A stretch of 64,000 nt of DNA from Yuukianura sp. NJ FZ-2021. Lineage: Eukaryota. The position numbers were made by a program, and so were the translations under genes. Location: positions 10,726,001-10,790,000 of the forward strand of contig CM102286.1 of NCBI GenBank assembly GCA_046563655.1. The letters are read 5' to 3'. Numbering within the stretch: position 1 is the first letter of the stretch; the number at the start of each line of letters is the position of its first letter. Of the stretch, positions 39,602-51,841 are shown piece after piece. A model generated the notes under the pieces. The model ran no database searches, had not been told where the DNA came from, and was given only the letters and a program-made list of their open reading frames with translations.

Positions 39602-40904
39602 CCGTATTTTCCCTAATAGTACACCATACCTAAATAGTACACCAGGTCCCTAATAGTACACCACCCCCAGAAGTCGAAAAATTAATTAGTACACCGTCCC
39701 AAATAGTACACCAGGTCTCTAATAGTACACCAGGGTCTTTGGGAATGTAGCATTAGGAGTATACCACCCGGAGCAGTTAGCTGAGCTACTATTATAGCTC
39801 TTCCTTTGTTGTGTTTGGCCCCACGTTACTTCTCTCCAAATTGTTTTACTTAAAATTCGTATTCTTACTTTAAAATGTCTCCCAACAAAAAAAGATCATT
39901 TGACCTGGAGTTCAAATTGAAAGTGGTGAAATTGGCCAAGGATAAATCAATTGCGGCAGCTGCTAAAGAATACAACATTGATCGACAGAGTATTCGGACA
40001 TGGATTAGAAAGGAAAATGATTTAGGTGAGTAATTTATTGTGAATAAAATATTTTTTCCTAATTATTACATTCATACTGAAACAGTATTTTGTTTACAGT
40101 GTCAAACGTGAAATCATCCAAGATCAAACACAAAAGGTTGATCGGCGCTGGACGGAAACGATTGATACCTGAGTTGAATGATTCACTCTTTTACTGGATT
40201 ATGGAACAACGAAACAAATCGTTAAGAGTCTCACGGCGTTCGATTCAAGAGCAGGCGAAGAGGATTTTCCCAACATTGGATAACGGAAACAGAACGAAGT
40301 TCGTCGCAAGTTTGGGCTGGCTGGATCGTTTTCTCAAAAGACACTCACTATCATTAAGACGGAGGACTACAGTAGGACAAAAGGATCCGGATCAATTGTT
40401 TTCAAAAGTTGCAGATTTGGCTACATTTATAAGTAAAGTCGTACGCCAGCGTAAGATCGAACCGTCCCAAATTATTGCAATGGATGAAATCAGTTTGTGG
40501 TTCGACATGCTGAGCAACACAACAATTGCTCCAACTGGATCTAAAACTGTTCAACTAAAGTCGACTAGAAATGAGAAGGCACACGCAACGCTTGTTCTAG
40601 CGGCCAAAGGTGACGGAACAAAGCTTAATTGTGTTACCAAAGTGTTAATTGACTCAAGTGGAGAAGAAGAATACGAGCTGGACACTGTGGATACGGATTC
40701 TGAAAACGAAGTGGAGTAGTTTTTAGTAATTTAGAAATTATTTTCTCCTGATTCCTAAACGTTTTAGCTAAGAATAAAATCCTCATTCTTAAAAAATTAA
40801 TTAGTACACCGTCTCTAATAATACACCAGGTCCCTAATAGTACACCACCCCCAGAAGTCGAAAACAAAATTAGTACACCAGGTGTACTATTTGGGAAAAT
40901 ACGG
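39602..40904 (+). mobile_element. pogo/Tigger-type element with intact ends and an internally deleted transposase
   Basis: TA target duplication, 24-bp TIR ccgtattttccc(t/a)aatagtacacc, many subterminal tagtacacc repeats. CDS 39875-40025 plus 40100-40719 encodes a Brinker-like HTH, a CENP-B HTH and only the start of the DDE domain (AMDE..GDGTKL). Confidence 0.92.
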
Positions 40905-43344
40905 TATTTGAGAATTTTTTGGTTTAGATTTTGTTGAAGATTGTTCACCGTTTGTTGTATTCACAGTTTTTGCCAAAATTCGTTTCATTTCTTCATCATT
41001 TTTTTGTCCCGCTTACGGTTTCTTGCAAGTCATCGCCTATGACGTCTACGATTAATTATATCATCTGCTTTTATCTGCCAAGTGAAAAACAAATCTAATT
41101 CAGTAAAAGTCAGTAATATGAACCTAAACCTTTGTGATATGAACACATCAAACTGAGTTCTTACTATTTCATGTTGCGTGATGACCCGATTTTGGGCTCC
41201 CTGTGCTGATTTCCTGTTCGCTGTACGCTGTTCTGTGATGTACAGAACAGCGCCGGTCGTGAAGTTGCCGTTCTACTCTGTTGGGTCATTCGACATGCCT
41301 CAGTTGAATGAGTGTTTACATTGTGGTTTTGATAAAAAGTTGGTACGGTGGATTTGGAGGCGATATGCCCAAGTTTAGCCAAGCTAAAGCAAGCTATTTG
41401 TGAACAATTAGCCGCAAAGTGTCCTGATTGTTTACAATTATAGCAACTGAATCAGCCTCGACCTGTCCCTGTGTCCCTGTCCCGTCGGTGGTGGTGCGAA
41501 CATTTGAGCATCGTGGTACAAATTAGGATCTCTAATCATACTCGTGTCCTGTATAATTTGCTACATTGATGGATAAGAATGTGGTGGTTTCATTGTCGCT
41601 ACATTAACCCGTGCTGTAAATCTCTGTTCGTTATCCGTAGCTGCCGTATCCGTTGCTTGTTCTAATCTGTAAAGACATTGTGTGGAAGAGCTAACATGAA
41701 ATTGGCTTCTTGGATCGTCTTCCCTATCTTGATAAATTCAGCTACTGTTTTTGAGTTTAACAAAGCCATTTGCTGTAGAGTAAATTTCGGATGAGGTACT
41801 TGAAGTTTCCTGTTTTGCGAAAGTTTTGGGTCCAATTGTTGTAAGATATTCAGTAAGTCGTATGTGTACGACTCAATAATTCGTCCACCTGCTGTTTACG
41901 ACTCTGCGCCTTAACCTCCGCTACAATAGAATCAACAATTCTAAATATACGCAGTAACTCGTCCCTAAAGGTTCATAGATGACCACAACCTGAGTTTGAC
42001 CTGAAGTCCTACGTAATTGTTCAAGATAGTTCACGAACCAATCCTCAGCCACCTTTTCTAAATACGCTGGGAGAAATAGACCACATGTAGTTTGTGGTAA
42101 GCGACTAGCCATAGCGGCTAGTTCCCATTTAACCAGAAAGCGATACACGCATTCGGTTTTGGTACCTCCTGAAACCCCTCACATCCATCTCAACATAAAT
42201 CTCTCTCTCTAATACTACTACTAATCTATCACCTTGTAATAAGGCCCTAATTGAATGATCCATAATAGCTCAAATAAAAAAAGACTACTGTTATCGTGAC
42301 CTCAAAGATCCCTTACTCAAAGTCTAATCACCGATAACCCTACTCGCTGGTCTAGCACCAGCCTCCTGGGTTTCCTTGTTCGTTTGGATTGGTTGGTGAA
42401 AGCTACTTATTGTCTTCAACTTTAACATTTATGGACAGAGCCCAGCAGGAGGACCTGAGTACTTCTACTAGTAAAATACTGTGGTTTTACATACCTGAGG
42501 TTTCGGCCTGGTCTTGGCCGAAACCACCTTCACCCAATGGCCTTGGCTCTTGAGCTCTCGTCTCTGCCTGGATTGACTGGAGACTTCGGTTGGTGGCTCG
42601 AGCGCAAAGGATCTCGTCAGCAGTTTAGAAGTTGAAGAAAAGTGAAAGTTGAAAATGGAAGCGAAAGAAGTGAATATGTTTTTAATTTAGACTAAAGGGC
42701 CAATGCTGGCCAAGTGCCTACTTACTTAAGAGCTAAGTAAAGCTACCGGACAACTGACCAAGAGGTCGGACTACCGATCCTCTATTTATACCTAAAGATA
42801 GCTAATCACTAACATGCAATTACATGATCCTAATGAACTTAACTCATAAACATGTCCAGTGATTAGAATTTGTAACTACAAAGTTACATATGTCAGCTAA
42901 AACTAAGAGTTTCTAATCTTGTCTTATTCTAAGAAAAAGACATAAACTTTGTCTTAAAATTTGCATTTACTTAGTTGCTAAGTTAACTTTAAGTCACGTC
43001 AGATCACTCATGACTTGACTTTTACAGCTTGATTGCCAGAAAAGTCGTAACCTTTCTGGCAACACCAACTGATAAGAGTGCTAACGAAGCACCCTGCGGT
43101 CGTCTCCCTCTTGATTGTGGAACACGCGAAAAAGGAATGAACTAATTCATTCCCTTCTCCTGTGCTTTAAAATTGATTGGCAGCTTTCTCCACTGTTACA
43201 CTCCAAATTTCGGAAACGGAACCGAAACCCGTTGGGGAAGTATCGGAATAGATGAAGAAGATGACCCTATTGTTAAAGGCGGAGACGCCGTGCCTGTTTT
43301 GACTGCTATTGGTGCTTATGTGCTGGTACACTCATAATGATTAT

Positions 43345-43462
43345 TGTTGCTTAAGTTATGCGGCAATGTCATGCAAACAAATATTCAAATGGAGAGGAAT
43401 CTCTTCATTCCTCTCCATTTGAATATTTGTTTGCATGACATTGCCGCATAACTTAAGCAACA
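43345..43462. repeat. Perfect inverted repeat, 56-bp arms with a 6-nt loop
   Basis: 43345-43400 is the exact reverse complement of 43407-43462; loop ctcttc. Confidence 0.95.
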
Positions 43463-44799
43463 CCATAAAAAACCACGCAGATGATTAAAGATATTGAATA
43501 TTCTCACACCCCCCCCCCACAAAAAGTCCCTGCAGATATAATGATCATATATTGTACCAAGATTTTGGTGGTGCGTAGAGTTCAACCCGTGGATTGCCCC
43601 GTATTATTCGTAACCAATGGTCCGTAAAAGTGAAGTTATCGTTCCAAATCACAACATCCGATTGCGAAGTTTTTCCTCCTTGGCGTTGGTATTTAACCTA
43701 GCAAACCTTCTATAGCTCGACTAATGGAGAGGTCAAAGACCTCTGTGGGGGTTTTCTCCTCATGACCTCCACATGTCGAGACGGACTAGGTGAGACATCT
43801 CAATCTGACACCAGCATCTCCACTCCCAATAACGTCTCTCTTCGTCTATCCCCAATAGGCCAACAATACTCTTTATTCACACCCAATCTCCTTAGCTCTA
43901 GAAGGAACCTCAGCTGCACATAAGCCTGTTCCTCGAGTAGAGATCCTCTTTCGGGGACCTCTACTTGAGTACTAAATCCTCACTCCTCTTCACCTCCTGC
44001 TCTCTCTCTCTCTACCATAGTGAGGACTCCTACCCCCATAGGAGGCCTCACACACACCCCTCGTCCAGCTGATAATCCTGCATGATACTCGTTACACGTC
44101 TAACATGTTAGAGTTAATGATGTTAGGTTGACCGTAAAAATTTTGTTCGTTAAATTTTGTTTGTTGTATTTAATTTTTATAATGCATTCTAACACTGAAA
44201 AGAACTAAGATTTTGTCTTTATTGAAAGTCTTGCTGGCGGAATGATTCCCGACTTCACATTTCAAAGAAATAAAGAATGAACGAACTACTGGTAAATGTT
44301 AATGTATTAATTAACGTCAATTAAAAGATGGTTGGATTCAGGCATCTGCCAACTTGTATCCCCAAAAGTGACATATGAGTTTCTGCTTGGCCTCGATGCA
44401 ATATCTCGTCAAATTCATTGGTAAGTGGGAGAAAATCAGAAGTGCCAATGAGTGCTGTAGAAGTCCGATTGGTAGTCCGTATATATATGTTTATTGGGGG
44501 GAGCAGTCACCTATATTTAGGTGACTGACTCACACTGAGCATTCGCTTATATGGAATATTTCAACATCAACCCCTTTAGAAACAGAGTTATTTTTTGTCC
44601 TTTCTGAGCAAACACACATTATGATAAGCTGAATGTTATCACCCTACGGAGGTCGTCCGTATTTCGATAAACAAATCAGATTGAATGAGTGTTTTTTGCT
44701 GAATGGACTGCTTTAAGAAGTAGTAATCAGTAAACACCAACATCTGCGAAGCTCTTACCTGCTCGTTGCCATGATCATAGACCTTTGACTCAAGGTCAG

Positions 44800-45045
44800 C
44801 TTGGTACTGTGACCACAGCAGGCAGTTCTTGTAGATGCGGTGCCCCCAACACTCTTCTTTAGCTCGGGGTGTCCACACAGCAGCCGCAGGGAAGGCAGAA
44901 GTCCAGCACTTGCCTCCCTGCTTCGCGACAGGGAGGACCCACGGCCTCTTCCACGACTTCTTTTTCCTCTCCCCCTGACTGGGTGCGAACCCAGGCCGGC
45001 CAGTGGAAAAGCATTGATGGCTTAACCACTGAGCCAACTCGCCCC
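44800..45045 (-). mobile_element. tRNA-derived SINE
   Basis: Minus strand begins ggggcgagt-TGGCTCAGTGG-ttaag (A box) and contains ctgGGTTCGCACCCag (B box), then a GC-rich body. 3' boundary uncertain. Confidence 0.65.
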
Positions 45046-45419
45046 GTTGGTAGTCCATACTAAGCGGATGTAACTCAAACGTGTTCCACAAGCGGGTTCC
45101 GTAAAGATGGATGAAATGTAGAGAGCCAGAGAGGGCATCGTATAAACCTTTACCCTAGCAAGCAGCTTTGATTAAAATAAATTTTGTGATCGCATGGAAG
45201 TTCCGTATCAAAAATCCGATACTTCGGCCCCGACACAATTGTAGAATCAATCATGTGGCAAACCTCAGCGTCAACTACACACGGCATTAAGCTGCGGATA
45301 TTGGTAACTAGAATGTTCTTGGCTGATGTAACAGCAAATTGTATTTAACAAACTGTAAGAATAGTGTATGAAATGGTGAAGAAGTTAAAATTGTTTACTC
45401 AAGGTTAATGATGAATTAA

Positions 45420-46140
45420 ATCCGGTCCGTAATGTCTCAATATGTCAAACCAATGTTCGTCAAACCAATATTCACCAACTCGTCCACGTTCAAATTTTTG
45501 TTCAGATTCTTAATGTTTCGTTTAACATCGTTCCACACCATTTCCTACGAATTTAGACAAACATAATATAACATGGCGATTGTCTCCAAACCTGGATTCC
45601 GTATTCAGTAGTAACTCTGTCGACGACGCAGTAGTTGCTCTTTAATTCACGAACCTAGGCCTTAAGTTGTTCAACATTCAACTTAGATCTGCATCTATTG
45701 TTGCCTCAGGATCAGTTCCAAGTCTACCTTCGAGTTTACCTTTTTCGTTTTTCAAGAAAAAACCTCTCTTGTAGAACCGGTTTGCGTTCTTTTAGCATAG
45801 GTGCTTCTGAAGAAGAATGATATTGGGAAATGAAAAGTCAATGAAAAAGAAAAAATCAAAATGAAATAGCAGTAGAGTAGTGTTGATAGGCATTCCGTGT
45901 GCGTTGTCAATCACGACTACTTGTTTCCTTTTGGTTGAATTCTGCTTAGCTCGTAGGATTTCCAACAGCTTCCGGAACCAAGCATGGAACGTAGCTGTAA
46001 GAAATCAATAATAACGCTTGGGGCTGTCTATAAGAAATTATTCTCACCAGAGTTAACGTTGTCGTGATAGTCTGCGGCTGTCTTTGTCTTGTGTAGTTTA
46101 TTAACGAGGAGATTTTCCTTAACCACCCTGCTAGGAGTAA
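45420..46140 (-). mobile_element. IS630/Tc1-mariner-type transposase remnant with introns (possibly the Sailor/DD82E group)
   Basis: ADYHDNVNS|ATFHAWFRKLL across a GT-AG intron, VVVIDNAH, VVDRVTTEYGIQVWR, EMVWNDVKRNIKNLN. Confidence 0.6.
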
Positions 46141-46338
46141 CTGAAACGTAAGAACGTATACGTACTAAAGAAATTTATGAGCAGCATTCAATAACATGAG
46201 TAAGCATTTACTGAAAGCTAAAACACAAAACCGTGGACTAGAGACTCCCTTCTCGAACCCGTATGAGTATAGGCTAGCCTGCTTGTAATTTAGGAATTGC
46301 CGTGGCATCCATCCTTTTCCAATCCGTGCATTGGTGTC

Positions 46339-46530
46339 AGTAGTAGGGTACCTACTTAGTTTGTAGTGATAATTTCAACGGACGTGGCCCCTACTTAGTT
46401 TGTAGTGGTCACTGTTCACGGCAACTAGACCCTTATGGGGTGGGTCCCAGGGGGTGGCCCCCTATGGTGGCTTATGGCCACCATAACTATGCCCATAGGG
46501 CATAACCTATGCCCGTAGGGCATACTAAAA
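46339..46530 (+). mobile_element. Candidate Polinton terminus / terminal inverted repeat (one end only)
   Basis: Starts AGTAGTAG, then cctacttagtttgtagtg twice and several GC-rich micro-palindromes (tatggtggc..gccaccata, tatgcccatagggcata). Lies 1.7 kb from a pPolB ORF. No matching right end found. Confidence 0.5.
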
Positions 46531-46617
46531 AAATCTGAAAAATAAAAACAAATATTAGGAGTTAATTTTTTTTATTTCCATCTTTTTATTCCAAGAAAAA
46601 AAATGTTTTTATAAAAA

Positions 46618-47296
46618 TTATGGACTGAAGAGCTGATCACCGTCCAACGGCGTCAGCGTCCTCGTTCCCTCCAAAATATTTGAAGACACGACGTCTTCAA
46701 TGGATGGGGCTGATGAAATCCCCGTAGGGGTTTCACCTCCCCGAACGCGTTTTGCTGTAGCTGCAGCAGTTTCCACCCGCCTTTTTCTGGTGGGTTGCGT
46801 AGGGGGTCGTAGAGATGGGACAGGGATGGGAAGCGAGTCAGTTAAGGCTCCATCCCAAAGTCGTCGTCGCTCGAATGTGTCTACCAACTCTTGGCAGTTC
46901 TTCAGGTGACGTACTGGTTCCCACGTCCGCTTGATGGACGGCCACACCCACTCGACCAAGTAGTTGTCTCCCCGCTTGTTTATTATCTTCCGGACTTCCC
47001 ATTCTTGCGAATCGAAGTAGTGGTCCAGCAAAATATTCGCCATGGCGACACAGCGTTCAGGCTCATGCGAAGTCCTGAAATTCAGAAAAAAAAAATTAAT
47101 TCAAAATTTAAAGGCTATTATAAATGATTTTTTTTTACGTTTGTTTTCCGGTTTCTGTCTCCCAGAGACATTTAAACAGGACTGCAGGGGTCCCTGTGGT
47201 GGGGTCCTTCCCCTCACAGTGATCCAGAATTTCCTTCAGGATAAAATATCCGTCAGGAATTTCTTTGAAGGGTTCTTGATTGAGGTTGAGGTCCAT
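46618..47296 (-). CDS. Tandem-chromodomain protein, 204 aa, 2 exons (47296-47139, 47074-46618)
   Basis: A 64-bp GT-AG intron joins the exons in frame. CD1: GYFILKEILDH..VLFKCLWETETGKQTTSHEPERCV..LLDHYF. CD2: EWEVRKIINKRGDNYLVEWVWPSIKRTWEPVRHLKNCQELVDTF. Basic tail RKRR..KRVR. TATAAA about 50 bp upstream and AATAAA just downstream. Confidence 0.75.
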
Positions 47297-48032
47297 TGTT
47301 CCTGGAAGATGGCTGAATGACTTTGACTAGGAGAATGCTCAAATTTATATGAATTTTTTGAAGGTGACATGAAAAGGTCATCACAGTGTTATTTCTATAA
47401 CTTTGTTTTCAACTTATTGTGTTCAGCATCTCTGCACAAAGTCACCCGCCAAACCTCAAAAGTCAAAAGAAGTTGAAAATGTTTTGTATTTCCTTTGTAA
47501 TTGAGATTGACTTCATAATGTTGTTCAAGAACCCTTTGGTTTATGATGCACTCAAAAGTGATAAATTTCCCTTATATTTTTAGGAAAAACAAAAACAGTC
47601 CTTTGACAAAGTCAACAATTTTCAAGGTATTCCAAGACAGGGCTCTAAAAGTCCAATCAGCTGATTCAAATGAATTTCAAGGGTACCAATTCCAAATCAT
47701 GTGTAATTTTGTTTGTTTGCTGTTTCTTATAAATTGGTTCAACTTTAAAATGATATTAAATTATTTTACTGAATTAAAAATTGGTCTCCACATTATGCTT
47801 TGCTTATAGTTTACACTAAAAGTTTTCATTTTAAAATCGTTTTTCCGTGTAAATTAGGGTACTAGCGAGGGTAAACGTTCAAACATTCAAAGTTAGAGTA
47901 TTTGTGATGTTCAAAGAACGCCAAGCCTATTATCAAAACTAAGGCGCATAAAAGCTTCACGCTCATTCAGTAACCCGTAGCCGCCTTGAACGCTTTGTTA
48001 TTGTTTGAAAGTTTTTAACTACAATAGCAGTC

Positions 48033-49007
48033 ATGGCGACTAGGTTGGTAGATTACAGTGATAGTGAAGAAAGTGACTCGAACACACTTCCCCCTGTAGT
48101 AAATACTTCAACTTTGCGCAGACGCGAGTGCATAACGTGTCAAGAACGTTTTTCAACGGTTGTACAATTCCAGGTACACTTGCAAGAGTCTCATCCTGAG
48201 CTTTATAATTTTCAAGTGGGATATGGACGAGTTAATAATCCGCTAACACTGACGCCCCGCTCAAGCGCACATGGCGACCTTTACCAAGAGTTTAACGTTG
48301 ATGTTCCAAGTGAGACTAAAATAACTATAGAAGACATCTTTCGACGTGGAAACCAAGCGTTCGATTTACTATTGAAAGAAAAGTTGCGACTTTTTAAAAA
48401 TTTTAAAGTACAGTTTAGTGGAAGTTTTCATTTTACTAAAACTGAAAAAGATGGAACCACAAAAACATCACTCCCAATCTTTACAACGTTTCTGTTTGGT
48501 GTCTACAATGAAGGCGATATTAACTTTGTTTTGAGACAGGCTCAGCAATATTTTAAAGATAGAATTGAAAGTTTTACGTCGCTTGGTTCAAACTTTACGT
48601 TTCAAAACGTCCTTACCTTTTCCATTACCATAGCAGAAACGCAAGTCTTTTCCGCGGGAAGATTAAGATCTCTTCCAGATATTTTGAATAGAAAAATTCG
48701 TCACTTGGTGAACGTTCCTGGAGATGACAATTTGTGCTTTAAGCGGGCCGTTTATTTACATCCTCAATTAAGACCTCCATTTCCAGAGAATCATAGGAGC
48801 AATGTTAGGCTAATGCTACAGCGCACGTCCTATTATGATCGGTTGTTCAAGTCCAAAGTTGTTAATTGGCGTGGAATTAAATTTCCTTTTGATCTATCTC
48901 AGATCAAAAAGTTTGAAAAACAGAATCCAACAATCGGGCTTTGTATTATTGGATTTGAAGATGATAGACAGGTTACGGAACGAGAACCGATCCTGTTTAG
49001 TCATTAA
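48033..49007 (+). CDS. N-terminal part of a Polinton-type pPolB with a C2H2 finger, truncated
   Basis: CITCQERF..HLQESH; IESFTSLGSNFTF..LPDILNRK..VNVPGDDNLCFKRAV..WRGIKFPFDLSQIKKFEKQNPTIGLCIIG. No exonuclease or polymerase motifs follow. Confidence 0.72.
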   Translation: MATRLVDYSDSEESDSNTLPPVVNTSTLRRRECITCQERFSTVVQFQVHLQESHPELYNFQVGYGRVNNPLTLTPRSSAHGDLYQEFNVDVPSETKITIEDIFRRGNQAFDLLLKEKLRLFKNFKVQFSGSFHFTKTEKDGTTKTSLPIFTTFLFGVYNEGDINFVLRQAQQYFKDRIESFTSLGSNFTFQNVLTFSITIAETQVFSAGRLRSLPDILNRKIRHLVNVPGDDNLCFKRAVYLHPQLRPPFPENHRSNVRLMLQRTSYYDRLFKSKVVNWRGIKFPFDLSQIKKFEKQNPTIGLCIIGFEDDRQVTEREPILFSH

Positions 49008-49329
49008 AGTCGAAGATTGAACAAAGTTACGAGCCTATGCAAATTGGTTATCTGGGCATTTTGTATGAATGTCAACTCCCGATGAGTTAACATTCACATG
49101 TTCAACAAGTGTAAAACTTGTTGAACAAGCAACTTTGTTGCTTGCCCTCCCACTGAGACCAAAAAACCGTTCTACTTTTGGCCTTGAAGCCACAGTGGCA
49201 AATGAAGCATCTCTTCAAGTGCTCCAATTTGCTCTGAACGTCCTGAAGATGAAGATGAGAGAAATAAATTGACACATATTTTACTTGTAGTCAGAGTCGA
49301 ACTTACGTCGAACTTGCCTCCGCAGACGC

Positions 49330-49742
49330 AAAACAGACAGCTTCGATGATGGCTATTTCCGGAGAATCTTCTCCGGACATGCACATGGTACCTGCAGCAT
49401 GTTGTGCGGATGTTGCGTTTGAAAATGTATAGTTGCGGATCGCCGGAGCAATGGACCCTCGCCACAAATACGGCAATGACCGACGTTCACATTCAATTCC
49501 GGAGTCGTGGTCGGAAAGTTGAAATCCCCTGTAAAAAAAACGTAAGTAAAAAGTTAAATGAGAAACAACGATTTTGGAAACAAATTACAACATTTTGCCC
49601 TACTATTCATGAAAGCATGAAGTACAAGCGTCTGTCCTACTTCACCGACATATGTGACTGTTCCGTATTTTTCGAACAGCCGATCCTCGGCAATTAGCCC
49701 GTCCGCGGTATTAAGCTTGCGCGCCTTTATTGCAGATTCCCT
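49330..49742 (-). pseudogene. Spliced gene remnant with one C2H2-like finger
   Basis: After an AG acceptor the frame reads ..VGHCRICGEGPLLRRSATIHFQTQH.. and then a stop. A further AG-bounded segment lies upstream. Confidence 0.3.
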
Positions 49743-50071
49743 GAAACAAATATCAATCGATAATTCACTGATCGGTAGAATAGAATACGTATTGTTTGAA
49801 TGGCTTACCGTAGGAATGAGGTTTAAATGAGGTTACCGTAGTAAATTTGACGGCTTAAACACTAATCATGCCGCCGACATGTTCCCGGAAACTGGATTCG
49901 CATGTAATCGGTGGTGGATCCATTTCAAATATATTTTTGAAAGTTAACATAGCCTCCATAGAATATTGGAGCAGAGGAAATGCATCCATTGTGGTGTCTG
50001 AAATGATTTGAGGGCTGGTTCTGATTGGATCCGAAGATGATTTAGGTTTTCCTAGTATATTTGCCTAATTA

Positions 50072-51841
50072 GGGTCAGTGCACCTAAGTGTGATCGTTTT
50101 TTCTGAGTTTCGACTTTGAGCTCCGAAATCTCTCAATCTAAACGGATTTTGACAAATCCAAAGCATCAGTTCTGAAGTGCAACTAGTCCCCAATGGGATA
50201 AACTAATTTTTTCTTTGAATCTTGCAGCTTAACTTTGTTCTAACGAATTTTTAAAAAATTTGAACAGCCAATCACACTTTCCCCCAAAACGGGGCAAGTG
50301 TGATTTTTCTGTGGGAAAGTGTGATCTATTGAAAAGCATTATGTATTCAAGTTTTTTAATTTCACATTAACACAAAACACGGCAATTCACACGTTTAGGT
50401 ATTCTGTAGGCTGTTTGATTCACTCGAAATTCCAGTGTAGTATCGGTTATTCCGCATTTCTCGAACCCTTTTTTGATAATGTTCGGACTTACTGCGTTCC
50501 ATGTTTTCCTGAAGATATAGGCAAAACCTGACTTTGTAGTAACGTTCAATAGTTATGTCGTGCCCATTCCGCCATTATCATTCCTAGCCTAACCTATCAT
50601 TTGCACTTAACATCTTAAAAAACTGTAACGTCGAGCGGTAGAAGGATATACGAAGTGTGAGGTTGCAATTACAAAATTGGGTTGGATTATACCCATGTGT
50701 ACGCATGTTAAAAACTTAGAAAAATTTCGAGAAAAAGGTCAATGACATCTCTAGACAACCCAAAAAATGACCCCTACAAAAGTTGTTGGGCTTGATGAGG
50801 GGATCATTTTTTGTCCTCTGACATATGACCCTGTGACCTTCCATTGAGGGCATAGGTCAATTTGAAAGTTTGTAAGGTTAGGTTAGGTTAAACCTACAGA
50901 TTGACCTGTGACCTCAACGGAAGGTCACAGGGTCATATGTCAGAGGACAAAAAATGATCCCCTCATCAAGCCCAACAACTTTTGTAGAGGTCATTTTTTG
51001 AGTTGTCTGGAGATGTCATTGACCCCCTACCCTCGAAATTTTTCTAAGTTTTTAACATGCGTACACATGGGTATAATCCAACCCAAAATTGCAACATTGA
51101 CAACTTCCTTCCCAACTCCAAATCCCCATTTGCTCATCGTTTTCAGCACGTCCGAAAGTTCTTTCTCCTTGTCAATTGAAATGCTTGCCAATCTGCCTCC
51201 TCCACATACGCTTTCGAGTACTGACTTCCTGCCTTTCCTACCTTTCGTTTTCAATATGAGTGCAGTTTTTGGTAGGCCGAATTTGGAACACGGCTTTAGC
51301 AATTAGAAGTGCATTTTGTACCGCTTCATGTGTCCAGGCGTCTCCACATCCCCTGTTTGTCTTTTGTACGTTAATTTCGTACCATTTAGTACAGAATCAT
51401 CAGTGAGTTTTATCAGTTTTCCTTTCTGGTTTCGGTAATCACACTTCCCCCACTTTTTGAAAAATCGGGGGGAAAGTGTGATTCCAGTGCTGTTAAACAC
51501 TGGAGTATCGTACCACTCGAAACTCGACGTACATTGTTACTTAACGCTTTGGAGAAGAGAATTGTCGGAACAGCTGATTCCTGACCTCAAGTTTTGACCT
51601 TTTAAATTCCAACTCTCTTTGGAAAATGAGAATTAGAAAGTAAAGTTTAGAGTTGGTCCACAAATAAAACCCACCTTTTCTTATATGCAAATTAGCTGAT
51701 AAAATCCCGCGAGCACTAAATCTTGTAGCACATTACCCCCTGAACAACGTGTACTTTTTAGAATTTTAAAATTCATTACCCCTGTGATGCTATAAGCTGC
51801 GATCACAATTGCCCCGCAATCACACTTAGGTGCACTGACCC
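50072..51841 (-). mobile_element. pogo/Fot1-like element with intact TIRs and a decayed transposase
   Basis: TA duplication, 23-bp TIR gggtcagtgcacctaagtgtgat. Fragments KFGLPKTAL..EKELSDVLKTMSKWGFG, PHTSYILLPLDVTVF, NIIKKGFEKCGI. Confidence 0.88.
50680..51083. mobile_element. Long-TIR MITE nested in the pogo element, 8-bp target site duplication
   Basis: caaaattg at 50672-50679 and 51084-51091. Nearly whole-length inverted arms beginning ggttggattatacccatgtgtacgc. TTAGG repeats at the centre. Confidence 0.88.

Noticed and set aside
42170..44100. Additional LTR-like segments ending in ggcaaca (about 43064) and cgttaca (about 44096)
   Set aside because: Could not find matching opposite ends or target duplications; the same applies to about 52730-53088.
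44965..45045. Possible tRNA gene
   Set aside because: A and B boxes are present, but there is no convincing acceptor or anticodon stem and the sequence runs into a longer body; better explained as a SINE head.
46700..46800. Histone H3 tail mimic in the chromodomain protein tail (TAKRVRGG)
   Set aside because: Similarity to TARKSTGG is too weak, and the segment is explained more simply as a bipartite nuclear localisation signal.
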